Source of the DNA: Eledone cirrhosa
Lineage: Eukaryota
Reading direction: 5' to 3'
Length of the DNA stretch: 64,000 nucleotides
NCBI GenBank assembly: GCA_964016885.1
Contig: OZ024741.1
Coordinates: forward strand, 175,708,001 to 175,772,000
The notes under the pieces are model-generated. The model searched no databases and was not told the origin of the DNA. It was given only the letters and a program-made list of their open reading frames with translations. Every line of letters starts with the position of its first letter. The first letter of the stretch is position 1. The position numbers were made by a program, and so were the translations under genes. Shown piece by piece: positions 51,807 to 64,000 of this stretch.

Positions 51807-52395
51807 CACGTTTTCAAAAGTTTATCAATAGCCAGTGTTTGATTCGGTGAATGATTAATGCCTCCCTTTATATGAAATGTCAAATTAATAGTGTTCCTTC
51901 GTGTTGCTGATGTCATTCATAAATCATTTATTGATAAAAATGTCGATACTCTTTGAGAAAGTTCCAACATAATATCACTGGACTATTTTTGTTGTAAAAA
52001 TTATACATCTTTCTATTATATCCAAGCTGATTACTAACATGTTTTTGCGTGGATCCGAAAATATTTTTTTTATTTTAATTTTATTAGGTAAATTTTATAT
52101 AGGTGTTTGTGTTATTTGTAGTAGCTCTCAGCGCACTTAAGTTCATATGTTGCTGCATTCAACATTGCCTTTCATCTTTTCGAGATTGATGGATATAGTA
52201 ATAAACTGGCTCCTTCGGGATAAGATAAAACTGGTAATATATTTGGGAAAGGGCATATGCAAGTGGCCAAGAATTACAGGTGTCCACTATCAATTCAAGC
52301 ACACCAAATATTACAGAAGATCTCTATGCTCGCAATCTGATGTTTTAGTGCTGGGCTATTCTCCGGGTAGTATTAAATGGTTAAATAGGTAGATA

Positions 52396-52680
52396 CTCAC
52401 CACCATAGACGCTGAGCTGGCTAGCCGCAGATGTGAGCCTCGTGGGATGGAATGCCTCTTTACGCGCATCTCCCTTACCATCCTCCGTGGAAACGTCTTC
52501 TTCATTCTGTCCGCCGGGGCTGTGGAGCGGCCAACGCGTGGTCCCCCATTTGCTCACTATACAGAGAGATGGGGGCGATGACGGTGGGTGTTCGGCTCTT
52601 CCGTATTCGGACACATTGCACCTGTCAAGACTGTATTTTCATACTTTTAATATTTGAGTGTCAAGATTAATAAATATGTA
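52396..52680 (+). mobile_element. 3' end of a CRE-like (restriction-like endonuclease) non-LTR retrotransposon
   Basis: LTTIDAELASRRCEPRGMECLFTRISLTILRGNVFFIL resembles the CRE C-terminal LFQRISxAxxRGNA motif; AATAAA at ~52669. Confidence 0.65.
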
Positions 52681-52914
52681 TCTTGTATAGTTTAAAAAAA
52701 ACAAACAAACAAAAAAAAAAAACTATCAACGGTTAACTGAACAAATCGAGAAGCATATTATTAACATTGGATGGATAGTTAGAAAGAAAGATGTACTGAA
52801 TTTATTTTACTTAGTGTACCTAATTATTACTGCTAGAGAGTCTGGTGATCATGCAGAAATAAACATTAGATAAAAGAAATTTTTAACAACCTACTGAGAA
52901 ATATATCAGTTTGA

Positions 52915-53055
52915 TACATATACACCAGGCCGAACACAAAAGAACCAAACTTCCACTGTCACTGCCTCCGTCTCTCCTGCCCTCCTCATCTCTCACTATT
53001 ATGAACAAATGGGGGCCTACACGTTGGCCGCCCCGAATCCCCGCCGTACAGGTGG
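52915..53055 (-). mobile_element. Third, shorter copy (3' UTR) of the CRE-like family
   Basis: caccaggccgaacacaaaagaacc...caaatgggggcc matches ~18399-18510. Confidence 0.65.
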
Positions 53056-53141
53056 TTAAGAGTTGTTTTCTTGTCATTTGGATAGTAGTAGGTTTATAAT
53101 CGTTCGCGTGTTGTTGATGTTATTACTGTACTTGTATTCCA

Positions 53142-53338
53142 GGGCAGCGAATTGGCAGACTCATTAGAGCGTCCCACAAATGCTTTATGTTCTGAGTTCT
53201 AGTCTCTCTTAGGTCAACATTACCTATCACCCTTTCGATATTGATAAAATATAATACTAGTACAGTACTGGTGTCGATTTAACCGACTTTCCCTTTCCTC
53301 TAAATTGGTAGATTTGTGCCAAAATTAGAAACCATCAT
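53142..53338 (+). mobile_element. Old SINE family A (long-tail type)
   Basis: Degenerate homology. Confidence 0.7.
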
Positions 53339-53919
53339 TGTTGTATTTTGCTCTATATAAACTCCTGTTCTATGTATGGTTCTATGTATGGTTCGAAGAC
53401 GTCAGCTCGTGTCCATCCTGTTTTATCGAAGGCTATGCAATACAATGTTCTTCCTGCCTTGTTTATATTTGTTAAACACTAGAATGTATTATACGAAGGT
53501 GATTCACATGCTCCTTCTCTTGAGTTTAATCTTCCTCTTTAGTTACGTTTCATCCCTATAATACATTGATCGATGAGAGATCTTTATTTTGAAGTGTAGC
53601 TTCTGTACCAACTTTGATCAATACCATTTCCTTTTTCAACACAGTACGAAAACTAATCTAGTCACGATTTCAAAAGGGTATGTGTACCCCAAGAGAGGAT
53701 CCCATTCCAGTTACTTTCAGCCTCATATAATGCCCTGATTAAGTAAACCAGTGATCAAACACGTCATGTCTGTGTCTATTTCACTCTTGATGTAATTAGG
53801 AGATACACTATTCAATGCAAAATGAATTTTATTTAAGAAGCTAAGGTGGATTTGGTTAGTTTTCTAGAAGGTCGATGGATCACGCAGAGATCGTTGAATC
53901 TCTCACACTCTAAATATCT

Positions 53920-54200
53920 TCGACTCTTTCTCACCCTCTCACTCTCTCCCTCCCTATCTTAATCTCCCTCCCCCATTCTCGCTCTCTAGCCCTCTAACTC
54001 CCCTTTCCACTCTTTCTCCCTCTCCCCCTCTCTCCCTTTGTCCCTCTTTCTCCCGCTTACCACACACCCTCTATTTCTCCTCTTACAACACACACTCTCT
54101 CTCCCTCTCACCGCTTCTCTCTCTTTCACCTTATCTCTCTCTCTCTAAATCCCTCTCTCTCTCTCGCCTCTCTCTCTCTCTCTCACTCCCTCTCTCCCCG
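53920..54200. repeat. CT-rich low-complexity tract
   Basis: Direct observation. Confidence 0.85.
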
Positions 54201-54219
54201 TTGTCTCTATATATGTTGT

Positions 54220-54480
54220 AGTTTAGCCCCAGCCCAGTCACATTCAGTAGACCTAATATGATAAAAGACATTCCCGTTAGGATAAAATCGTCCATTTAAG
54301 CCAAACACCATTAAGCAATCCTATGGTATAAAGCATTTTTTCTAGGCATAACGTACAAGCCATAACGTAGTGATACATTATCTAGAGCGTCATATTCTTA
54401 CGTACGACACCAGGGAGTGATTTCATAGAGATTTGGCTGTTATTTCTAACATTTAAGGCAAACATATATTCGGCTCTTTC
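54220..54480. mobile_element. Old unclassified interspersed repeat (related pieces near 10550, 16880, 53700 and 62050)
   Basis: Recurrent tttagcccca...gacctatgatcaaa..cattcc and gatttggctg.tatttcta motifs. Confidence 0.4.
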
Positions 54481-55187
54481 GATTCATTGTGTGTGTAATG
54501 TATGTTAAACACAATATAAATGGTTAGGAGTTAAACGCATCAATTATTAGGTTCAGAATAAATAATTGACAGCTACTTGCTGGATGATAACAGTTGCAGA
54601 ATAACGATAATGTAGGTACCTCAAGCAATATCATGGTCAGATCCAACGCCCAGGGTCCACATATTACGAGAATAAGATAAGTGGCGTTATGATCTACCTG
54701 TCTGGCGCATGCTAGTATGTAAAACAAACGTTGACATGGCAATGACAAGGCTACTACTGAGGATGAATAGGATGAGAAACGGGGGATGACGATGGTGATG
54801 AATTCAGTGGTGGTAGTGGTGGTATTGGTGGTAGTGCTAGTGGTTGGGATTGTTTGTGCCGACAAGTCAATGAAAATCAAGTATTCTGATGTCTACGTAT
54901 GCACATTGCGTTAATCTTCCTTGCCTGATAAAATACCATTCTCAATTCATAATTGATTTTCATTCACTTGTTTGCTGTTAGCGATTGTACATTAATTTCA
55001 TCATTATAGAAACGAAGAGATTTGTGTGGATGAGGTGGCGTTGCTATTAGCAAACATGTTTACTGTTGGATACCTTTCACAATCCACTCGCCCATGAAAT
55101 AGAAGCAAAACCTGTATATAGCCAGGCAGTGTGTAGCAAGCAGAATACAAGTGAGAACTGATGACAGTCAGTTAAGGAGAAAGAAAT

Positions 55188-55329
<142 letters not shown>

Positions 55330-55859
55330 CTGTAACTTGGCTAAGAGCGCAGTAGAATCGTTTCTAATTTGCGCACAAACAAATTTGGGTAGGTGTGAGT
55401 GTAATGTATTGACTCAATTACTTTATTTTATCTCTGCGAGCTTGAACTCAGAGCATAGAGAACCGGAACAATTATCTTGTCACATTTTGTCGGACCCTTT
55501 AACGATTCTGCTAATGCACTACTCTCAGGAGAACATAGTCCAAATTTAATGACTCTATTAGTATGGCTTACTCACTTGAGAATATATAAATAATGCAAAA
55601 TATGAAAGTTTGAAAACATACAAAACTCACAAAAACATGTAATAGACTGCATCAATTACTCCGAAATTCAAGAGAGATATGGGTAGGTTTGATTGGTGAA
55701 GGGAATAGCTCTTGTTTCGCGTTTGGATGTTATATGAAAGTGAGAAACAGAGAATAGGAGATTTAGTTTTGACATGTGTATCATCCTTATGACACATGTA
55801 ATTTAGCCTTGACTTTACCTCATTACTATACAGAGATAAGATGGTTGATGAATTTATGA

Positions 55860-56632
55860 ATGAAAATGACATACGACTGCGTTCCTCGAGACCTGCTGTG
55901 GGAGGTTCTGCAGGAATATGGGATCGATGGTCAGCATGCCATGTGCAGCATGGCTGTAATGAAGTGTTGCTATACTTAAGACACTCGTCCTCCCAAGGAC
56001 GCCTGTGCAGTGCACTCTACAAGTAAATGAAGTTCCACTGAAGCAGGTAGAGAAGTTACATTATCTTGGGACTATGTTCACGAGTGATGGAAGGCAGGAG
56101 CTGGTGCAGCATTGCGCCAGCTTTAGCACTCAGTAACCAGAAGAAGGGAGGTAGGCGTCAAAGTCAAACTCGCCATCTTCAATTTGGTATTCTTGCCAAC
56201 CCTTACCTATGGTCATGAATCTTGGGTAATGACTGAAAGAATACGATCGCGAATACAAGCAACGAAAATTGGGTTCCCCCGAAGGGTCTTTGGAGTAACG
56301 TTACACGATAGAGGGGAGTGCATAGCTCAGAGATCCAGGTACAGCCGCTACTTCTCTAAATTGAGAGATCACATCTCGGGTACTATGGATATGTGCCTCG
56401 AGTATCTCAGGAAAGAATCGCTGGACAAATTATACGGGCAAAACCAACCGGTAGGAGATCCAGGAGCAGAACCCGAGCAAGATGGTTGGATAACGTCCAT
56501 GCTGGTCTCGCTTAAGGTTCCAGCCGGATCAATCGGAAATGGTTGCTTCTGACAGGACCCGCTAGAAGGAGTATGTGAGGACCCGGCACCCACGACCATC
56601 TCAGGATTAAATGAGCGAAGAAGAAGAAAATG
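55860..56632 (+). mobile_element. RTE-clade LINE 3' fragment (decayed RT C-terminus)
   Basis: LKQVEKLHYLGTMFTSDG and KLAIFNLVFLPTLTYGHESWVMTERIRSRIQA; (GAA)n-like tail. Confidence 0.85.
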
Positions 56633-58720
56633 ACATATATAATGTTGGAATGGGAGTATAGTGAGCAAAAATGGGTTAAAGCTTATTAGTAACAAACAAA
56701 ATGAATGTTCTTATATTATAAAACCTTCATATTGGTTGTAAAAAGTGACCGCTGGGAAAATCATTACTATCATAATGCCAAAAATATATTAACAATACTT
56801 TTGTCAATAACTAACGTTCAATCAGAACGCTAAAATCCTGAAAAAAAAAAAAAAAAAAATATTCTAACAAAAGATAAAATGTAACCAGTGAAGAAAGAAA
56901 GGAGATGAGAATGAAAGAAAGCTAAAGGCCCTATTGTGACCCAAAATAGAGATTCTTTATGAAAGCATTTGCTAGTTATATACAAGATTCTATTATGTAG
57001 CCATTGTATCTTTAATGTGTTTTAGCTTTATAATAGCTTGTCTGTATGAAAGACATTTTTTTTTACCTTGATTTTATTTCATTTCACAACACTGATTTTT
57101 TTTGCCTATTTTTCTTTATTAATCTTGTTTCCAAAGTCCCATTTAAATGTGTTATATTTCATAGTATTGTTATTTTCCCATTTGTTTTTTTTTTTATTTT
57201 TGAAAAATGAACAATGCATCTTCCTTTTCTCTTTCCCAATTGTCTCTTCTCATAAATGGAATTTTGATACCAAAAATTCCAAAGATAAATGCCTTCTCTG
57301 TTATGTTTCGACTTATTTCTTGTTTCTTTACCCAAGGAAAATAACCTCTTATTTATTTGTTATATTCTTTTCCGCGTTTTTTTTTAATATCTTACTTGAA
57401 AATAGATAGACTTAACAGAATAAATCTTTGCTACTTTGGGGTTGGGGAAAATAAATGATTTCAATAAGCAAACAAATAAAACATATCTGAAAACAAAAAA
57501 AAAAAAATGACCAGGACATTCTTAAAACGCTGATTACAGGGCTGAAGGCCAACAGTGAATATAGTTGAATGAGAACACAATTTTAAATATCAGTCAGAAA
57601 TCAGTGAACATATGGGACCATATAGAAATTATATATAAATTACATGGTATTTCCACGCAAAATATTCGCAGAATAACGTTTTGAAAGATAGTGTACAATA
57701 GTTCATTCACTGTTATTTTCATAAACATAGTTGCTTCTTTATGTCACTTAGAAAATAACAGGCAATTATCATGATTTGGCGAGGAGGGATACCTGTCTAC
57801 ATGTTCACCCTTTACAATCCTTATTGTTGCTAGCTCTATAGGAAAACATGAAACTATTACTACAGAACATGAAACAACTACACACAACATTCAGTAAATC
57901 TCAACAGATCCTTTACTGACATCATTAACATTCATCCAATTCAAATATCATGCCAATGAACGTTGATTGTCCATCATATGACATCAGGGAATTTCCTAAT
58001 TCAATACGATAGAATTAGTTATCTGGGTCTGCATATCCTTTCTAACTCCACCATTAATATTTGTTCTCAACTTCTTGAGCCTAATGTTATATGTTATGAA
58101 TTAGATATTAATACAGTGGTAAAATTGGTGTCAGATTAGGAATACTTGTTCATAAGATCAATGATTGTCAAGCTATGAGCATATTAGTCACAAGTGCAAC
58201 GACTGTCAAGTTATGATTACATTAATCATAGGTGGGAATGGTCTGGCTGTAGGTTGGGTTGGTTTTGGCATGAACATCAAGATATGACAAGATGTTCATA
58301 CGTGGTTGCAAGGATGGTGACAGTTGAGGGTCACGCCACTTGGAGGAATTATCTACTACCATAACGTTGTGTTGATTTAAAAGTTGCTAGTGAAATTATT
58401 TAGACAGAAATTATGTGGGAGCCTGTTAAATGTGCCGTATCTGCTATTCGTAGTTCGCCAATATGCACACCCATTTTAACAAGTGTGTATCTGAGACGAA
58501 ACTCATTACGCGATATGTCGCTCCAGTTTTCAGACTGCTTGATGTGATTTCAAGAAGATATGGTTATTTCTTCCTATGTTAAGTTGCATATTTTCAAACT
58601 TAACATAAACAATTTTCATCTTACCAGTCTTTCGAGGCCATTGACAATTATGAACAAATAACCGTTCCTGTCGAGATCCTTTGTACCAGTTTTCCGATCT
58701 GAGAATAACTCTATATATTA

Positions 58721-58935
58721 GGGTGATCAATCGGCAGAATCCGAAAAGCGGTTATTAAAATGCTCTTGCGATATTTGTATTGAATGTTTACATTATGAGT
58801 TCAAATCATGCCGTGGTGAACACTGCTTTTCACGCTTCTGAGGTCGATGAAATAAAGTACCAGTCAAGTACTGGGGTCGATTTAATCAACTTTGATCTTT
58901 CCCCAAATGTTTGGCCTTCTGCCTAAATAAAAAAT
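58721..58935 (+). mobile_element. Old SINE family A (long-tail type)
   Basis: gagttcaaatc, aaataaagtaccag, ggggtcgatttaatc. Confidence 0.75.
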
Positions 58936-59277
58936 CAATATATTCATACAGTGCTTCAGATTATAGAAAAGCAATCAACTATTCTTCCTTTCCTTATTTC
59001 CAGCAACCTTGGAGATCCCGCAACACGTTAATTAGCACTTACTTTCATTTTTTGACTATATCAGAACAAAATATGTTTACATTTTACTACAACCACCATT
59101 GCTACTGGCTTACTTTAGGCTGCTTATCTAATTTGAGACATCTTCCACTCCTATTTCACAACTGAATGCCGCGCAATGGTGGAGCATTCAACTGCAGAAA
59201 TTAATTATTCCAGCAAATAAATCCTCTTCTTATACGTATCTATAAAAATTGACGTAAAGCAGTAAGAAAATAAATGA

Positions 59278-59425
59278 TAATAATTGTTTCAACTTTTGGG
59301 CAAAAGGCAATTATCCCAGTCATTACTGGTGTTTTATTGTATCGACTCCGTAAGGATGAGGGGAAAAGCTAACTTTAGGTATGTGAACTCAGAACGTAAA
59401 GGGACATAACTCTATGCTGCCAATC
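59278..59425 (-). mobile_element. SINE family A, diverged
   Basis: Homology to family A. Confidence 0.75.
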
Positions 59426-59448
59426 CTTTTCCCTGTATATAAATATAA

Positions 59449-59689
59449 AATAATTGTTTCTACTTTTAGCACAAGGCCATGGTTTCTTATATAGGCACAA
59501 GGCTAGCAATTTTGGGGCAGCGGAAAGTCGATTAAATCGACCCCAGTGCGTTACTGGTACTTTATTTTATCGACCCCGTAAGGATGAAAGGCAAAGTTAA
59601 CCTCGGCGGGATTTGAACTCAGATCATAAAGGCCGTAACTCTATGCTGCAAAGCATGGTGTCCGACTCTACCGATACTACCAATCCACT
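59449..59689 (-). mobile_element. SINE family A long-tail copy fused to a 30-bp short-subfamily tail
   Basis: aataattgtttctacttttagcacaaggcc directly followed by atggtttcttatataggcacaagg. Confidence 0.88.
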
Positions 59690-60094
59690 GCAATAATATT
59701 TCATATCACTTCTAAAGATGTTTGTTTTTGGTCTACATCCTACTAGCATTTGAATGCCTTACTGCAGTTTACCGTGTTATAATACATGACCTACCTACCA
59801 TTCAGAGCCTCTAGATTTACCATTGGAAATAGTTTTTATGTACGTAAATACTCAAGATGAATTTGACCAAGTAATGATATTGAACCTTGGCTTATATTCT
59901 AGAATAGAGTGAAAGTGATAAACTATTTATTATTGGTATTGTATCCAAGGATTTATGTATTAAATCATGGGATTCATATTTTTAAGACTAGGGCAGGTAA
60001 GAAATAGTAGGGTTATTATATTAAAAGAGTTAAAGAATTACATAAAAACATATTCCCTTTGGTATGCCGATGATCACTTTCTCACTCTCTCTCC

Positions 60095-60216
<122 letters not shown>

Positions 60217-61289
60217 CGAAGGAAATGTGGTAAGGAACCAGGTGGACCATAACGCACCAAAGTACTCAATACTTAGGGTAGTAGAGTGGGTAATAGGAAC
60301 GAGTGGGACCCCGACGGCTGAGCTCAAGCCGTTTCGACTAGGTTTATATTTTGTGTTCCTCTCCTTTGTACTGCCCTACACTATTTTGTTTTTGTTTGTA
60401 GTGTGTTGCATATGTTACGTAAACGAAAAGAAAGGAAGAAGTGAGGGGATGAGAAGAATAGATGTGAGGTAAGACAATTGTGCTAAAAAGAGCTGAAACA
60501 AAATAGAAGAAAATAAAGGAGATAAAACTTGTGTAAAACGTTACACATTTTGTGTTTATTGTTCCTTTATGTGAAGATAGAGGTGTTTGTGTGGGGTGGT
60601 GGTGAAATGTGAGAGTTAAAGTTACAGCTACAATCAGAGTTAGATGAATTAAAATTACAGTGAACAGTCGTGTGCTGGAATGACTACGGGCCTTGTTGCT
60701 GGCTTAGTATGGGTTAGTTGTTTGTTATTGAAAACTTACCGATCTAAAATCCTTCTTCAGATGTGCTCATCTTTCGCCTGACAAATCCAGTACCAGTTGG
60801 AGTGAGTGCATGTGTGCTTCCATAGGTCCAAGAGACTCAAAAGGTTTAACGTTGGCTTTCACTTCTTAATGCACCTCTGCTATTTGGAGATTTATCGTAA
60901 CTCATGGCTTCACAAGTACTTTGGTAGCTATGTTTCCCTCAATGCATTATATATATAGATTTTGTAATGATGGGATTTCGTTGGGGGAAATATATATATT
61001 AAAGACACGCTGTACAGATGAAAACATTGTTAAACTCCGAAGAAGTCGATTTGTCACGGTGCTAACGCAAAATAGTGGAAATCGAGTTTTCGATAAGTCC
61101 CATCGGGTTAGTTATGTAATAGATGTTAGTTCTTCAACTGCGAAATTGATGTATACATGTAATTTATATATATATATTGTTTACTAAGTAAATGTTTCAG
61201 CAGTGTGGAACTTCAAATTAAATCCCAATAACATTCATATCCTTTACTTTACCAATGTGAATTGTGTATCTACTCAAAAGGAATTATTT

Positions 61290-61316
61290 GTGTGTATCTG
61301 TGGGTGTGGGGTGTGT

Positions 61317-61404
<88 letters not shown>

Positions 61405-61420
61405 GTGTGTGTGTGTGCAT
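61290..61420. repeat. (GT)n microsatellite
   Basis: Direct run. Confidence 0.95.
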
Positions 61421-61618
61421 GTAGTAGGGCTTATTTGCTCTAGTCTCACGCAGTAGTGCAGTGCCTATTATAATTTTGAGCCGCCGACGCTAATCAGGTG
61501 AAGTGAAAAGGTTTATCCCCAAACAGGAGACCTGTCTCGAATTATTTCAAATGAGTGAATTCTGTGAAAGGCAACCTAGAGTCTAATGGTTTTGGAGCTT
61601 CTAATACAATTATCCATG

Positions 61619-61945
61619 AAGGTGCGTGGCTTAATAGCTATAGTATTCGGCTCACGATTGTAAGCTCGTGAGTTCGTTTCTCGCCAGCCCGTTGTATCCT
61701 TGATTAAGACACATTAATTCACAATGTTATTTCACCTTGCTCCAGCACACTCAGCTGGAAAAAATAAGTTGTACGTTGTGATTCAAAGGTCGAGCCTTAT
61801 AAAATAGTGTAATGATGCATCTCCTGAGAATCACATTATGGGTACACGTGTCCGTAGAATATGTGTCTACTTGAAATTCATTTCAATAACAAGTTGTTCA
61901 GTTGATTAAGGAACTGGAACAGTCGTCGTCGGAACTAACGAGGGC
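61619..61945 (+). mobile_element. SINE family B (tRNA head + CORE-like domain), near full length
   Basis: gcgtggcttaatag A-box-like, gagttcg B-box-like, gttgtatccttgattaagacac central domain. Confidence 0.7.
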
Positions 61946-62969
61946 TCAACACAAACAATCAACTGATCTTTACACTTAAATCATTAAGACTAGAATAAAA
62001 ATAACGGCCTTCCTTTCAACACTCAGCTATTCTATCGCAACCAAATATATAGTTGTTTAGCTCAGATATAAGCTAAAGTTTACCAATCATGACCATCATG
62101 TCGTTCTTTCAAGAAGTGTGTATCCAGGACAACATACATTAGAAAAAATTATACTACAATTTCAAATGGTGTGATGTGATTTTAGTAAGAATTGGCTATT
62201 TTTTCCTACGTTGAATTAGAAATGTTCCTGATGTAAACCATTTTAATCTCATTAATTTTCGAAAGCTAGTGACGTGTTTGGACAAACAACCAACCCTTTC
62301 TCCTCACTTAGCTATTGAAATAAATACATGAATGAATAATAACTAAAATGCTTGTAGCTTCATATGAAGGGTTTCTGCTTGGTAGCAACTTGTTTTCCAT
62401 CATATTCCTGGACCCTTTATCTATTACTGATAATAGTATCGGAGTTTTCTTAAAAATATCTTCCATTATTTAAAATTCATATCAACAATGGATATTGTTG
62501 CTTGTATTCAAGTGCTTATTCACTGAAAAATATTCAACATTTCGTCAAATTTCCATATATGAAATAAAATTTTATTGATAATAATAATAATGATAATAAT
62601 CAAAACAATTTAAAACTTTGCTTTTCAGCTCACAATTGAACGGTAAAGCAAATTCCAAGAAATTCTATTTATTCTTATTTTTCAGCCAACGAATTCGTAA
62701 TAGATATGATCATGCAAAAATATTTCATGATATCCAAGTCTGCACATTTATAATATTGCGATATGTTTATTCATAAATACAAGAGTGTTGCATAAATTTA
62801 ACTGGAAAGGAAAATGTTTCATCAAAATGAATTGTGTCTATGCGTGTATTTCTGAGTTTTATTTAAGCGTACACATTTGTTTGTGTCTATATATGTATTT
62901 GTCTTCATTTATGATACGACTTTGCACATAGGTTTCTACACATACACATACACACACACAAAAACACGC

Positions 62970-63038
<69 letters not shown>

Positions 63039-63041
63039 AAC

Positions 63042-63082
<41 letters not shown>

Positions 63083-63090
<8 letters not shown>

Positions 63091-64000
63091 TATGTGTAGA
63101 AGTAAACACAGTAAACCCGTGTCTAAAATTACGAGGGTACATTACACTACAAATGTTATATATTATTCAACCTGAATCATATGGGATGTTACAAGATTCT
63201 TACAAGATTTCTCATACATACCATATCAATAACCAGTTCATCTCCCGGAGAGACTAAAGATTTAATCTGTTCCGCCCTGAATAAATCGTGTTTGTAACAA
63301 GTAATCCGTAGGCATTTCGTCAGCAGGAGATAATACTAAATGTTACATAACTCCTATAACAATAAACTCACTAACGTTTACACCTCATGCGTTGAAAGTC
63401 ATTTGCGGTGCGCGTGGTTATGCTAGAGATAATAGCCTATTTACACTCATTTTTATAAGCTCAACAGATAAGGTGCCGAAATACAAATAAAATATAGAGT
63501 TATTAATTCATATAGATACCCTGCAATTAACAAGCTCAAAGTATAAATACTGAGCATTATAATATTAATATGTGGATTGGCAGTATCGGTAGAGGGTCGG
63601 CGCCATGCTTTCCAGCATAGTTACGTCCCTTTAAGATCTGAGTTCAAATCCCGCCAAGGTTGACTTTGCCTTTCATCCTTACGGGGTCGATAAAATAAAG
63701 TACCAGTAATGTACTCGGTAATTGCTGGCCTTGTGCCAAAAGTAGAAACAATTATAATATTAATATGTGTAGAAGTAAACACAGTAAACCCGTGTCTAAA
63801 ATTACTAGGGTAGAATACACCACAAATGTTATATATCATTCAACCTGAATCATATGGGATGTTACAAGATTTCTTACAAGATTTCTCATACATACCATAT
63901 TAATAACCAGTTCATCTCCCGGAGAGACTAAAGATTTAATTTGTTTCGCCCTGAATAAATCGTGTTTGTAACAAGTAATCCGTAGGCATTTCGTCAGCAG
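63083..64000. repeat. ~480-bp tandem duplication beside (TA)n; the second unit is interrupted by a SINE and runs off the window
   Basis: 63083-63328 recurs at 63757-64000. Confidence 0.9.
63575..63750 (+). mobile_element. Young SINE family A, 19-bp TSD
   Basis: TSD attataatattaatatgtg at 63556-63574 and 63751-63769. Confidence 0.92.

Noticed and set aside
52510-52680. gggg followed by TGTGG... as a polypurine tract plus LTR of a Gypsy element
   Set aside because: Not conserved in the other two copies; the upstream frame matches a CRE-like endonuclease end instead
54524-54880. 118-aa Thr-rich ORF
   Set aside because: Driven by a (GGT/GAT) low-complexity tract; non-ATG start, no domain or splice support

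Overview
AT-rich, repeat-dominated animal genomic DNA. The SINE families and the (TA)n/(CA)n load suggest an octopod cephalopod; this is inferred from recalled repeat families, not from a search. I found no host protein-coding exon, and most ORFs in the track are translated microsatellites. The window contains: a full-length but decayed Buster/Charlie-type hAT transposon with TIRs and an 8-bp TSD (11978-15297); a near-intact Penelope-like element (PLE; RT + zinc-finger linker + GIY-YIG, Neptune-type) interrupted by one SINE (23143-~27940); a mariner remnant; an RTE-type LINE with a 5' inversion; fragments of RTE, L1/Tx1-like and CRE-like non-LTR elements; about 25 tRNA-derived SINE copies; and ~15 kb of GT-rich satellite in three arrays (23, 25 and ~43 bp units). 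The most notable signal, not visible in the ORF track, is a set of minimal type I hammerhead ribozyme motifs. One lies in a 427-bp tandem-plus-inverted non-coding repeat with an intact core (retrozyme-like, 317-1395). One has a U3-A8 covariant core at the PLE 3' end. Several more are decayed copies beside (TA)n tracts. The PLE also has a U_UUU_UUA heptamer phased to enter its RT frame, which lacks an early ATG. All structures were folded by eye; boundaries of decayed repeats are approximate.
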